64,000 nt of DNA from Candidatus Melainabacteria bacterium SSGW_16 (GTDB lineage Bacteria > Cyanobacteriota > Vampirovibrionia > 2-02-FULL-35-15), in NCBI GenBank assembly GCA_004769085.1, contig DUDS01000015.1:97975-161974 (forward strand). Reading direction: 5' to 3'. A model generated the notes under the pieces. That model did not search any database and was not told the origin of the DNA. It was given only the letters and a program-made list of their open reading frames with translations. The position numbers and the translations under genes are program-made. Positions 37,334 to 47,318 of the stretch are shown here, piece by piece. Numbering within the stretch: the stretch's first letter is position 1; the number at the start of each line of letters is the position of its first letter.

Positions 37334-38128
37334 ATGCTTGAAATAATAGAAAATAAAATCAAAAAAGGTAAAAATAAGGAAGAAAAGACAAATATCCTTA
37401 GAGAATTCCTTCAAATACTAACTTTAAAGATTCTAAGAGACAAGAATGCATTTTTAAATATTGCTTTTATTGGGGGAACTTGCCTAAGGATACTCTATGA
37501 TTTGAAACGTTATTCTGAAGATCTGGATTTCTCATTGACTTCAAAAAAAGGATATAGTTTTTTAACTCTTCTGGAAAATCTGAAGAAAGAGCTTGAGTTA
37601 TACAACATACAAACAGACTTTAAATATAAAACAGGAACAGTTAATAATTGTTTTATAAAGTTTAAGGATGTGCTTCAGAATTTTGATCTACATCACCATA
37701 GAGATGAAAAACTCTCAATTAAACTTGAAATTGATACTAATCCACCAAGCGGAGCAAATCTTGAAGAAAGGATAGTTAATAACGAGTTTATTTTAAATTT
37801 AATAACCTACGATTTACCTTCGCTAATGGCAGGAAAACTTCATGCCATAATGTGCAGAAAATATGCAAAGGGAAGAGATTTTTACGATCTACTTTGGTAC
37901 CTGACAAAAAAAATAACTCCAAATATAAAGCTTTTAAATAATTCAATCGTTCAGACAGAAAAAGAGGACTCAAAAATTACAGAAGACAACTGGAGGGAGA
38001 TCCTTTTAGGAAAAATTAAAACCATAGATTATAAAAAAGTTCGGAATGATGTCTCCACATTTCTAGAGACAAAAGAAGAAGCAGAATTGATCAAACTAAG
38101 TAGCTATGAGGGTTTACTCAGTAATTAA
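37334..38128 (+). CDS. AbiEii-family nucleotidyltransferase toxin
   Basis: FIGGTCLR, RYSEDLDF, IKLEID, GKLHA, KGRDFYDL motifs. Confidence 0.9.
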   Translation: MLEIIENKIKKGKNKEEKTNILREFLQILTLKILRDKNAFLNIAFIGGTCLRILYDLKRYSEDLDFSLTSKKGYSFLTLLENLKKELELYNIQTDFKYKTGTVNNCFIKFKDVLQNFDLHHHRDEKLSIKLEIDTNPPSGANLEERIVNNEFILNLITYDLPSLMAGKLHAIMCRKYAKGRDFYDLLWYLTKKITPNIKLLNNSIVQTEKEDSKITEDNWREILLGKIKTIDYKKVRNDVSTFLETKEEAELIKLSSYEGLLSN

Positions 38129-38190
38129 AAGATTACGAGTGAGATTTTATCAATAATCGCTCTAAATCTAATACTTTTTCTAGCAAAAGA

Positions 38191-38877
38191 TTAACCAGTT
38201 TCGATACTACGCCAAAAGTCATCTGTTAGAAAATCAGTGTTAAATCTTAAAGCAGGTGAAAATAATAAAAAATTCTCATCCAATTTTAGTAATGAACTAT
38301 TAGCATTGTTAATTATTTGTTGAATATCAGAAACGATATATAAAGAGTTCAATAAGTTAATGCAACCAGAACGAAAAACCATACTCATAATTTTCCTAAC
38401 CAAAGATATATCACCGACAGGGAATACACATTGTGAGATTATTTTGCCATTATCAACTTCAATATCTACATAATGAGTAGTACTACCAACAAATTTACAA
38501 CCTGCTTCAATAGCTTCATTCACAGTTTTATCTCCAATTAAAGCTCTAAACGAAGGTAGCAAAGAGTAATGTAAGTTTATTAATTTATTTCTATATGAAC
38601 AAACTATATCCTTATGAATAATCTTATGAAAAGTAGTTATTATAAAATCTGGTTTTAACTTACTCAATAATGTTTGTAATTCGTGATAAGTATCTTTTGT
38701 ATAAGAAACAATATAAGATGAAAAATTATTATTTTTGGCAATTTGCAATGCACCACACTCCCTATCTGCAATTACAGCCTCTATCTTAAATTCCTTAGAT
38801 GAAATCTCTTTAATGTATTTAGCAATAAAATTTAAATTGCCACCACCACCTGATACTAAAAAAATTAATTTTTTCAT
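38191..38877 (-). CDS. PurN-like formyltransferase, probably a sugar or aminoacyl N-formyltransferase
   Basis: FLVSGGGGNL, INLHYSLLPSF, GSTTHYV..VDNGKII; last gene of the wecE/wbqC operon. Confidence 0.8.
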   Translation of the reverse strand: MKKLIFLVSGGGGNLNFIAKYIKEISSKEFKIEAVIADRECGALQIAKNNNFSSYIVSYTKDTYHELQTLLSKLKPDFIITTFHKIIHKDIVCSYRNKLINLHYSLLPSFRALIGDKTVNEAIEAGCKFVGSTTHYVDIEVDNGKIISQCVFPVGDISLVRKIMSMVFRSGCINLLNSLYIVSDIQQIINNANSSLLKLDENFLLFSPALRFNTDFLTDDFWRSIETG

Positions 38878-38885
38878 AACTTAAA

Positions 38886-39599
38886 CTAAGACTTCAAAGC
38901 AGTATTAAAGCTTTTCATGTAAGAAAGTGCATTTGGTCCTTCATTAAAAAGAAGATCAATTACGCTTACTTCATGAACAAAAGCTCCATGCAACTGATTA
39001 TATTCAGGATAGTTAGAATAATCGATATATTCTATTTTTATCCCATTTAATGTAAACAGGGATTCATCCAAATAATTTTTAGCAGACGGACCTGTAACAT
39101 AGCAAGAAGCTCTAAGCTCCTTACAAATGTTCACTAATCTTTCTGTCTTTTCCCCTATTAAATTAAAGCTGGAAGAGCAGCTAAGCTTTGTTTTTATACC
39201 TAACAGCTTACATATTTCTTGAATAAATTTATAATTTATCTCACATAATAATTTTACATCTAGATTCATATACAAACTTTCAAATCTCTCTTTATAATCG
39301 CTGAAATACTTTGCCTTTGAATAATTATTAGAAATCGCTGTCCAGTGCTTTCTGTTCCAATTGGAATTTGCAACTTGTGTGTCCATAATAGTTTGAGACA
39401 AGCTTTCAATCCTAACCGGTATAGTAAGCCATTGCACCCCCTGATTAGTTTTTATCCTGTTCCTATTTCTCCAGTCATTTTTAGTATATTGAACATTATC
39501 ATAAAAAATAAATTCATCAACCATATTAATTAGATCAAAATAACCTTTCCAGGGAATATAATTTGACTGTAAAATTGCTATTTTTTTCTTCAAAGACAT
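38886..39599 (-). CDS. WbqC-family protein
   Basis: ILQSNYIPWKGYFD, DWRNRNRIK, WLTIPV, Y.TGPSA, SVIDLLFNEG. Confidence 0.93.
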   Translation of the reverse strand: MSLKKKIAILQSNYIPWKGYFDLINMVDEFIFYDNVQYTKNDWRNRNRIKTNQGVQWLTIPVRIESLSQTIMDTQVANSNWNRKHWTAISNNYSKAKYFSDYKERFESLYMNLDVKLLCEINYKFIQEICKLLGIKTKLSCSSSFNLIGEKTERLVNICKELRASCYVTGPSAKNYLDESLFTLNGIKIEYIDYSNYPEYNQLHGAFVHEVSVIDLLFNEGPNALSYMKSFNTALKS

Positions 39600-39600
39600 T

Positions 39601-40524
39601 TCAATTATAAATATTTCTAATTATTGTATTTGGTCTGTTTTTTACTTGTAAGTATGTTCTGCCAATATAAATACCAACAATACCTATAGAAAAAATTATT
39701 AATCCTCCAATTAAATACAAAGATACCATCATCGATGTCCATCCAAGTAAAACCTCTGAACTACCAAATAACCTCTTTAATATCAAATAAGCTGCACAGA
39801 GAAAAGAAATTATTGACATTATAAAACCCAAAACACAAATATACAAAAGCGGTTTATTACTAAAGGAAAATATTGCATCTGCTGCAAGTGAAAGTTTTTT
39901 CAAAAAAGTATAGGTACTTTTTCCTTTATCAGCCTTATGGACAGGAACAGCTACCTGTTTAAAGCCTGCTAACTGCATAAGCCCAAGAATAAAAACATCT
40001 TTCTCCTTAAACTGTAATAAATTGTTAACGTAAGATTTTTTCATCACTCTTACAAGGATAGTTCCTTCATGCATAAATATATCGCCAATAAAATTAAACA
40101 ATTTATAAAATAGCTTACCAAAATATGTTCCTCTTCTGTCCTCCAAGTACCCATAAACTACGTCAGTATTTTTCAGATCTTTTTGCATAATCCCATAAAA
40201 AGTTAACAGTAAGTCAGGATCTTCTTCCAAATCAGAATCAACTAAAAAAACATAATCTCCTTTACAATGTTCAAGTCCAACAATAATTGCTTTGTGATGC
40301 CCAAAATTTCTTGACAACTCTACAAGACGAACCTTTTTATCTTTTTCAATAATTTTTTTGGCAATTCCACATGAATTATCAGTTGAACCGTCATCTACAA
40401 AAATTATTTCGTAATCATTAGAAATTTTAGAAGCTGCAGAAATAGTCCTTTGGTAAAACTCTTCAACATAATGCTCAGACTGATAAAGCGTTGTAACTAT
40501 TGACAAAAACGGCATACTTAACAA
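39601..40524 (-). CDS. GT2 glycosyltransferase, ArnC/GtrB-like
   Basis: VDDGSTD, LSRNFGHHKA, DSDLEEDP, two C-terminal TM helices, VKNRP. Confidence 0.9.
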   Translation of the reverse strand: MLSMPFLSIVTTLYQSEHYVEEFYQRTISAASKISNDYEIIFVDDGSTDNSCGIAKKIIEKDKKVRLVELSRNFGHHKAIIVGLEHCKGDYVFLVDSDLEEDPDLLLTFYGIMQKDLKNTDVVYGYLEDRRGTYFGKLFYKLFNFIGDIFMHEGTILVRVMKKSYVNNLLQFKEKDVFILGLMQLAGFKQVAVPVHKADKGKSTYTFLKKLSLAADAIFSFSNKPLLYICVLGFIMSIISFLCAAYLILKRLFGSSEVLLGWTSMMVSLYLIGGLIIFSIGIVGIYIGRTYLQVKNRPNTIIRNIYN

Positions 40525-40528
40525 AATA

Positions 40529-41383
40529 CTACTTTGTCGCTATAAAACCAATGTATTTATACAAATTCTTAGATAAAGGCAATGCTTTTTGCAACAACTC
40601 ATCAACTATTTCAGCATTTTTAAATCTTTCATCTTTGTCCTTAGTTGAATCATTAATTATGGCACCTTGACCAATATACCAATAATAGAAAAAATCAATT
40701 TTAGAAAATCCTATTTTTAAAAGCAGCTTTTTCATTTCTTCTTCCTTAAAACCACCTAAAACGTTTTTACCGTATTCAGCATAATCAACTATTTCTTTTG
40801 GAAGGCCAAAGTTCTTTTTAAAATCCTCATCTTTATATTTCACCATTTCAATTTCTCTCATTACAATAGGATCGTATCCTCCGTTTCTTTCTAAATTATT
40901 TATAATTTCCCATAAGTAGAAATTTGGTTCTAGATCCACATAAAACTTGCCGCCTTTTCTCAATGCTTTATAAGCAGTTTTCAAAGTAGGTTCAATATCA
41001 TATAAATGGTGCAGAAATGAATAAGCAGTAGCTATATCATAAGTTCCACTTTCAACCGAAAATGATCCCGTATCATGTTTAAAAGTTTGAATTTTTGCAC
41101 TGCCAGATTTGTCAACCTTATCTAACATCGCTTGCGTAACATCAATACCATGGATTTCTTGAACATATTTTTTTGCTATGTCAATAATAAATCCTGTTCC
41201 ACAGCCTAAATCTAAAAGCCTCTTAGCATTTGTTTCTTTAACTAGCTTCAATAATTTGGCTTCCACTTTTTGAACATTTTCAGGTCTAAAATGTGGTTCA
41301 CACATCTTATAATCATCCGCTAACGTCCCATGAAATGAGATATTGGCATCAATTACTTTCTGATACAAGTCTGTATTCACCAT
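40529..41383 (-). CDS. Class I SAM-dependent methyltransferase
   Basis: LLDLGCGTG, SFLHHL, LRKGG motifs. Confidence 0.87.
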   Translation of the reverse strand: MVNTDLYQKVIDANISFHGTLADDYKMCEPHFRPENVQKVEAKLLKLVKETNAKRLLDLGCGTGFIIDIAKKYVQEIHGIDVTQAMLDKVDKSGSAKIQTFKHDTGSFSVESGTYDIATAYSFLHHLYDIEPTLKTAYKALRKGGKFYVDLEPNFYLWEIINNLERNGGYDPIVMREIEMVKYKDEDFKKNFGLPKEIVDYAEYGKNVLGGFKEEEMKKLLLKIGFSKIDFFYYWYIGQGAIINDSTKDKDERFKNAEIVDELLQKALPLSKNLYKYIGFIATK

Positions 41384-41385
41384 TG

Positions 41386-42180
41386 CTATTCAACCTTTTG
41401 TTTAAATTTTCTCTTTTCAAGCGGAACATAATACTCATCATATGATGCTGGTATTTGTGCATAGAAGCCAAGTTTTTGTAACGCTCTTTCAGAATAATTA
41501 GAAATATCAATTCCAGACATAGCTCTTGGTATATCAACTCTTTGCTTCATCCAAGGTCTACACATATTAAACGTTAAGGCATGTCTCCATTTATTGGTTT
41601 TATTATGACCACCTAGGTGCCAAGTCCTAGCATTGAAAAACCATACTGTTCCTGCTTTAGCAATCAGTCTTTTAGCATGACTAAAAAAATATTCCTCAGA
41701 AGGGGGTTCATAAGTATTCTGAGAACACGGCAAAAACCATGTTGCACCATTTTCTTCAGTAAAATCATCGAGTAAAATTGTCGCCCCCATATTGGTGATA
41801 TACCCTGGAATTATTCTTGGAGAATCTACATGTATTCTGGAAGAATAATTACCACTACTTGGCGGCATTGATGAGGAAATATAAGCATAAACAATACAAC
41901 CATCTCCTAAAATTAAATTAAATGGTTCCATCATTTTAGGATTGTCAAAGATTTCAATAAATGCTCCTCCATAAAGAGAACATAACATCACCATTCCATA
42001 ATCACTATAATCTTTACCATTGTGGTAAGTTGCTTCACTTTGAATTGCATCCTTTAATTCATTCTTCATCTTATTAATAAAATCACGATCTAAAATATTT
42101 TCTACAATTGAATATCCTTGAGATTGAATATCATTTATGAATTGCTCTTTATTAAGGATGGTTTTTAACATTTGGTTCAA
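41386..42180 (-). CDS. Phytanoyl-CoA dioxygenase (PhyH)-family Fe/2OG enzyme
   Basis: QGYSIVEN, IHVD, LDDFTEENGAT..LP.S, AG...F..RTWH.GG.N, R motifs. Confidence 0.85.
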   Translation of the reverse strand: MNQMLKTILNKEQFINDIQSQGYSIVENILDRDFINKMKNELKDAIQSEATYHNGKDYSDYGMVMLCSLYGGAFIEIFDNPKMMEPFNLILGDGCIVYAYISSSMPPSSGNYSSRIHVDSPRIIPGYITNMGATILLDDFTEENGATWFLPCSQNTYEPPSEEYFFSHAKRLIAKAGTVWFFNARTWHLGGHNKTNKWRHALTFNMCRPWMKQRVDIPRAMSGIDISNYSERALQKLGFYAQIPASYDEYYVPLEKRKFKQKVE

Positions 42181-42270
42181 CTAAAAATTATAGATCAATT
42201 TATTATAGTAGTTATAAAAATCATCCTTAAGGATTAACAAGAATTAATACATATTTCAAAGAGCCAATAT

Positions 42271-43044
42271 TCATATTTTCTTTGCGATTAAAAGAAGCGA
42301 GCTACCAATCGGGCTTTTAAAGCCCAATTTAATCATGCAATATTCTATAAATAATATTTTTTCAAAGAAAAAATTCATTGATTTTCCAATTTTCAGCTCG
42401 GATAAAACATCGTATTGTTCCTTTTTAAATCTAGACATTAACCTAGACACAATTACCAACGGTAATAATAGAAAAACAAATGACGTCATGTAAATCACTT
42501 TAAAACCAGCATACTCAACTTTTGTTTTTAATTCCAAAGCAGTATACCTTCTCACATGATGCCCTTCTTCATCATATCTGCTCCACAAAAAAGGATGTTG
42601 TGGAACAGTTAAAATAATTCCCCCACCAGATTTTAAAGCTTTATTAATTTCACATAAAACTTTCTCATCCTGTTTTATATGTTCTAAAACATCAAAGGAA
42701 CCAATTACATCAAATTCCTCTTTAAAAGGAATACTAGTAGCATCGATTTGAAATAACTTAGCTCTTGAAACTCTTTTTGAAGCAAACCTTAAACCTTCTT
42801 GATGAATTTCACTTCCATACAAATCTAAAGATGGGAATTCTTTTTCAATACCAGATAAAACAAAACCAGTCCCACAGCCTATTTCCAGAAATTTGTTTGT
42901 ATTCTTAAAATACTTACCTAATACCCATAATATTAATTTATTCCTAATTCTAAACCAAAAATGTTTTTCTTCTGATGAAGCCAGTTTTTCAAAATGACTA
43001 ACTTCAAACCCTGCATTCACTTTGTTAGATATTAATAAGAGCAT
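42271..43044 (-). CDS. Class I SAM-dependent methyltransferase
   Basis: E..HFWF..R, LEIGCGTG, FDVLEHI, TVPQHPFLWS..D..HHVRRY. Confidence 0.9.
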   Translation of the reverse strand: MLLLISNKVNAGFEVSHFEKLASSEEKHFWFRIRNKLILWVLGKYFKNTNKFLEIGCGTGFVLSGIEKEFPSLDLYGSEIHQEGLRFASKRVSRAKLFQIDATSIPFKEEFDVIGSFDVLEHIKQDEKVLCEINKALKSGGGIILTVPQHPFLWSRYDEEGHHVRRYTALELKTKVEYAGFKVIYMTSFVFLLLPLVIVSRLMSRFKKEQYDVLSELKIGKSMNFFFEKILFIEYCMIKLGFKSPIGSSLLLIAKKI

Positions 43045-44225
43045 ATTTTACTTTTATCGTTATCAACTGAAACAGATTTAGAGACAAAATAGTTTTTTAT
43101 TTTATCAATTACATACTCCTGCTCTTCTTCTGTAATTTCATTATAAAAAGGTAACCTTAACAGTCTTTGACTAACATCTTCTGTTACAGACAAATCACCT
43201 GTTCTATAACCTAGTTTACTTCCCATAGGAGATGTATGAAGCGGTATATAATGAAAAACACTTTTAATACCATTACTATCCAAATGTTTTATTAGATTAT
43301 CTCTTTCTTTCTCATTTTTTAAAAGCATGTAAAACATATGATAGTTAGGGGTGCAACCATTTGATATCTTAGGAAGTTCAATTAAATCTTTTTTTTCTAG
43401 CTCATTTAAAGAATTAAAATAATTATCAAATATTCTTTTTCTTATCTTGTTAATCTCATCCATCTTTTCTAGTTGTGCAAAAAGAAAAGCCGCCAATATA
43501 TCTGAAGGCAAATAAGAACTGCCAATATCTACCCATGTATATTTATCAACTTCTCCTCTAAAAAACTTACTTCTGTTAGTCCCTTTTTCTCTGATAATTT
43601 CAGCCCTTTCAATAAATTTTTCATCGTTAATTACAAGAGCTCCACCCTCACCACATATATAATTTTTTGTTTCATGAAAACTATAACAACCCAAAGTACC
43701 AATTGTACCCAAATACTTATTCTTATACTGTGCATTTACAGCCTGGGCTGCATCTTCTACTACATAAAGATTATATTTTTTTGCAATATCCATAATTCTA
43801 TCCATATTGCACGAGATTCCTGCATAATGAACAGGAAATATTGCTTTTGTTTTTTTTGTTATTTTTTCTTCTATAAGATTTTCATCTATATTTTTAGTAT
43901 CTTTCCTTATGTCCACAAAAACTGGTTTTGCACCTCTTAGCATAAAAGCATCTACAGTAGATACAAAGGTAAATGATGGAACAATAACCTCATCTCCTTC
44001 TTTTAAATCAAGTAAAATAGAAGCCAACTCAAGAGCATGAGTACAGGAAGTGGTAAGCAGAATTTTTTTTGCACAAAAGCACTTTTCTAATAATTCATGA
44101 CATTTTTTTGTAAATTGCCCGTCACCAGAGATGTGCCAATTTGACATAGCCTCTTGAATATATTTAAGCTCATTTCCAGAAAAAGATGGTTTGTTAAAGG
44201 GTATTCTACAAATGCTTTTTTTCAT
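43032..44225 (-). CDS. wecE: dTDP-4-amino-4,6-dideoxygalactose transaminase
   Basis: IPFNKP, SGDG.FT, TTSCTHALE, SFHETKN, EKGTNRS.FFRG.VDKYTWVD.GSSYLPS, RLLRLP. Confidence 0.94.
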   Translation of the reverse strand: MKKSICRIPFNKPSFSGNELKYIQEAMSNWHISGDGQFTKKCHELLEKCFCAKKILLTTSCTHALELASILLDLKEGDEVIVPSFTFVSTVDAFMLRGAKPVFVDIRKDTKNIDENLIEEKITKKTKAIFPVHYAGISCNMDRIMDIAKKYNLYVVEDAAQAVNAQYKNKYLGTIGTLGCYSFHETKNYICGEGGALVINDEKFIERAEIIREKGTNRSKFFRGEVDKYTWVDIGSSYLPSDILAAFLFAQLEKMDEINKIRKRIFDNYFNSLNELEKKDLIELPKISNGCTPNYHMFYMLLKNEKERDNLIKHLDSNGIKSVFHYIPLHTSPMGSKLGYRTGDLSVTEDVSQRLLRLPFYNEITEEEQEYVIDKIKNYFVSKSVSVDNDKSKICSY

Positions 44226-44290
44226 AAATTATCTTTTCTAAATGATACCAAGATAGAACCTTTGCTATAAGAGTGATACAAATACTAATA

Positions 44291-46321
44291 TTAATTAGTA
44301 GTCAAATCTGCAGAATTAATGCTATTTAAGAGATCTCTGGCTTCTTCATTAAATGGGTTATACGAAAGCAGGGAATTTAGGGATTTCACTGCATCACCAT
44401 GGTACTTGTTCTGAATAAAATATTTTGCAGCTGTTATATACAAAAAATCTTCTCTAACACTAACCCTCCTATCGTCTTGGACAGCTTCTCTAAAATTGCT
44501 TAGTGCATCTTCAGTTCTCCCAAGCTGCATATAAAAATACCCTATAAACAAATGTGGATATGAATAGGCAGGATTCAGACTAATATAGTTTTTAATTATT
44601 CTTTCTGCTTCACTCACATTATTTGACTTAATAGCAATTTCAATAAATCTTAAATCATAAGAATGCTTAAAGCCGGGGGATTTCTTAATAGCTGTTTTCA
44701 AAGCATGCCATGAGTCTTTCCATTGATTAGAATCTTTTAAGAACTTAGCCACTTCATACCATCCCAGCCAGCCATCATTAACACCAACTGCTGTATTTAA
44801 TGCTTTAGATAGTTTTTCATACTGACCAGAATAATATAAAAATTTAAAGATTCCTCTAAATGCATAAAAATTATAGGCCATCTGCATTGGACCATATTTA
44901 GTCGACAGGCTTGGCTTCAAATCCAGATATGCACTCAACCACTCACCAATTAACTTACCAAATGCATTTTCATTTAACCACTGCGGAAGTTCTTTTTCTC
45001 TATGTTCTGTCCATCCAATATCAAGTGCTCTTGCATAATAAGTAGGCTTATTCCATAACGGTGCTTCCTTTGCACAATATATCCACTGACTTAATAGATC
45101 CTTACTCGATGGTAAATAGTAAATAGTTCTTGTAAGCAAAAACAAAAAAATTGGAATAGATAAAACGATTAAACATTTTCTGAAACTTGTTCTAGAACAG
45201 CTAAAAATAAAGCTCAACAGTGCAAACATCAATCCTAAGCCTGGAGCATATAAATAACGAACTCCAACAATAGTAAACAACGGAAATATTTGAATAAAAA
45301 GCACAATTGAAATAAAAAACCAGGATATTCCAACTGAGTACAAAGGATTTTTTTTATACATAAAACCAACAGATAGAATTAAGCAAAGAACAAGAGTTTG
45401 ACAAAACAAACTATACGGGCTAAACAATGAACCACCTACCATGTACCATTCAGCTTTTGAATCCATTAATCCAAAAGGCCAAAAAAATAATTTAAAATAA
45501 TGAACTATAAGTTGTGGTGAAAGCCATATTGCCCTAAGTAACATACCTTTAATCCCACCAATATCAGTCCATGACATAAGCTCATTTGATACAGATGTAT
45601 TAAAAATATTTCCATCAGAAGCTAAAAATCTTAAACTTAAATACAGTGGTATTGTGAAAAATATGGGTATACTTAGGTACCAATATTTTCTATTAAAAAG
45701 ACCTGTTCCTTTTAAATAATAACTCATCAAATAAAGCAACACAGGAAAGAAAAAATAGCTTTCTACAGACATTAACGCTATTAAAAAAAATAAGTTGGCA
45801 AGTGTTATATAAATCCATTTATAAGTAAAAGTATCGTTCTCCACAACTTTTAAATTAAAATAAATAAAACATAGACAAAAGGCAAAGCCCATCACACCAG
45901 CACCAACAAGAACTCTAGTAGACATCTGGACATTTACCGGATGCATTATCCAAAAAGCTACTACCATTACAGAAAACAGTTTATTCTTAGTAATACTGTG
46001 AAAAACTAGAGTAGCAAAAATACATACTAATGATTGGACTAATAAATGATATAAATGAAATCCAAAAGGATAAGCACCTGCACCAAAGATTTTATTTACT
46101 AAAAAATATTGTAAATAGTACATTGGTAAATAATGAACCCCTGAATATTGACTGGTATCATAAAAACTTTTAAGCATTAAATGAAAGTCTTTTGCCTGTG
46201 GACTAATTACCATGGGATCATCACCCCATACAGCACCATAAAAAACTGACTGTGAGTAAATCAAAAGAAACATAATTGATGGAATTAGATAGTAATATCT
46301 CTTAAGTACATCCTTTAACAT
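44291..46321 (-). CDS. TMTC-like membrane glycosyltransferase with C-terminal TPR-like repeats
   Basis: VWGDD acidic motif after TM1, GFH, MHP, Y.KLFFWP..L, RYLY.P..G; helical TPR-like C-terminus (SLNP, A...F..A, NP.NEEA). Confidence 0.7.
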   Translation of the reverse strand: MLKDVLKRYYYLIPSIMFLLIYSQSVFYGAVWGDDPMVISPQAKDFHLMLKSFYDTSQYSGVHYLPMYYLQYFLVNKIFGAGAYPFGFHLYHLLVQSLVCIFATLVFHSITKNKLFSVMVVAFWIMHPVNVQMSTRVLVGAGVMGFAFCLCFIYFNLKVVENDTFTYKWIYITLANLFFLIALMSVESYFFFPVLLYLMSYYLKGTGLFNRKYWYLSIPIFFTIPLYLSLRFLASDGNIFNTSVSNELMSWTDIGGIKGMLLRAIWLSPQLIVHYFKLFFWPFGLMDSKAEWYMVGGSLFSPYSLFCQTLVLCLILSVGFMYKKNPLYSVGISWFFISIVLFIQIFPLFTIVGVRYLYAPGLGLMFALLSFIFSCSRTSFRKCLIVLSIPIFLFLLTRTIYYLPSSKDLLSQWIYCAKEAPLWNKPTYYARALDIGWTEHREKELPQWLNENAFGKLIGEWLSAYLDLKPSLSTKYGPMQMAYNFYAFRGIFKFLYYSGQYEKLSKALNTAVGVNDGWLGWYEVAKFLKDSNQWKDSWHALKTAIKKSPGFKHSYDLRFIEIAIKSNNVSEAERIIKNYISLNPAYSYPHLFIGYFYMQLGRTEDALSNFREAVQDDRRVSVREDFLYITAAKYFIQNKYHGDAVKSLNSLLSYNPFNEEARDLLNSINSADLTTN

Positions 46322-46473
46322 ATGAACTATTATTATATAGGCTTTACTGAAAAACTTAGAGCTCAGACCTCCCCACCAGAGAGAACAGAAGAGAAGATAT
46401 ATCGTTTTTCTAAATAGTGTACTAATTACTGCTTAAATGATTAAATCTGATAGGATGGGCTAACAATTATGGA

Positions 46474-46543
46474 TAGACAAGTGGAAATTAAGGTATTATA
46501 ATAAGTATCTGAATTTCCGTATTGGTCAATTCAAATACTTATT
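46474..46543 (+). promoter_or_regulatory. Sigma70 promoter and 16-bp inverted-repeat operator of AbiE module 2
   Basis: TAGACA (46474) -17 bp- TATAAT (46497). IR AATAAGTATCTGAATT (46500-46515) / AATTCAAATACTTATT (46528-46543), one mismatch, overlapping the -10 element. Confidence 0.72.
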
Positions 46544-46550
46544 GAAAACT

Positions 46551-47318
46551 ATGAAAGAAAAAATTTTTCTAAGAGAAGTTTTACATTTTTGCTTTCTTGA
46601 GCACTTACTTAAAATATCTGATCCGAAAATATATATTCTTAAAGGGGGGGTCAATTTAAGATTCTTTTTTAACAGTCCAAGGTATTCAGAAGATATGGAT
46701 ATTGATGTAATAGCTGGCAATGTATCTACTTTGAAGAAAAATGGTTATAAGATATTAAACGACAACGGGTTTAAAAGAAAATTGCAGACATTTGGCATAG
46801 AAGAAATAAGTGTTAATGATCCTAACAAAGCAAAACATACGGAAACTACTCAAAGATTTAAACTAAAAATTATAACAAGTTCAGGCGAATCATTACCAAC
46901 CAAAGTAGAGTTTTCCAGACGAAAAAGAGTACAAAATTTATATGAAAGTAGTTTTGATCGAATAAGCACAACTGTAGCAGAAAGACATAAAAGACTTTCA
47001 TTTTTATGTCAACACTATTCTGGTTCTACTGCTATTATTCAAAAAATAGAAGCATTGTCTGGGAGATCACAGGTGCAAAGTAGAGATGTTTTTGACATTT
47101 TTATTTTATCTATTGGTGGATATGAGAAAGGATTGGATATAGGTAGATTAGATAATAAAATAATTACCAAATCCAAAGAAGCAGTATTGTCGCTTAACTA
47201 CAAAGATTTTCAGGGACAGGTTCTGGAATATTTAGATGATGAAAATTTAAAACTTTATTCAGAATTACAAGTCTGGAAAGAAATGAAAGAGAAAGTTGTA
47301 GGAATGTTGTCTGTATGA
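46551..47318 (+). CDS. AbiEii-family nucleotidyltransferase toxin (first gene of its module)
   Basis: LKGGVNLR, RYSEDMDID, KVEFS, QKIEAL..R, RDVFD. Start at ATG 46551 or TTG 46542. Confidence 0.87.
   Translation: MKEKIFLREVLHFCFLEHLLKISDPKIYILKGGVNLRFFFNSPRYSEDMDIDVIAGNVSTLKKNGYKILNDNGFKRKLQTFGIEEISVNDPNKAKHTETTQRFKLKIITSSGESLPTKVEFSRRKRVQNLYESSFDRISTTVAERHKRLSFLCQHYSGSTAIIQKIEALSGRSQVQSRDVFDIFILSIGGYEKGLDIGRLDNKIITKSKEAVLSLNYKDFQGQVLEYLDDENLKLYSELQVWKEMKEKVVGMLSV

Noticed and set aside
38191-38877. Housekeeping purN assignment
   Set aside because: No pur genes nearby and it ends a wecE/wbqC operon, so the gene symbol was withheld.
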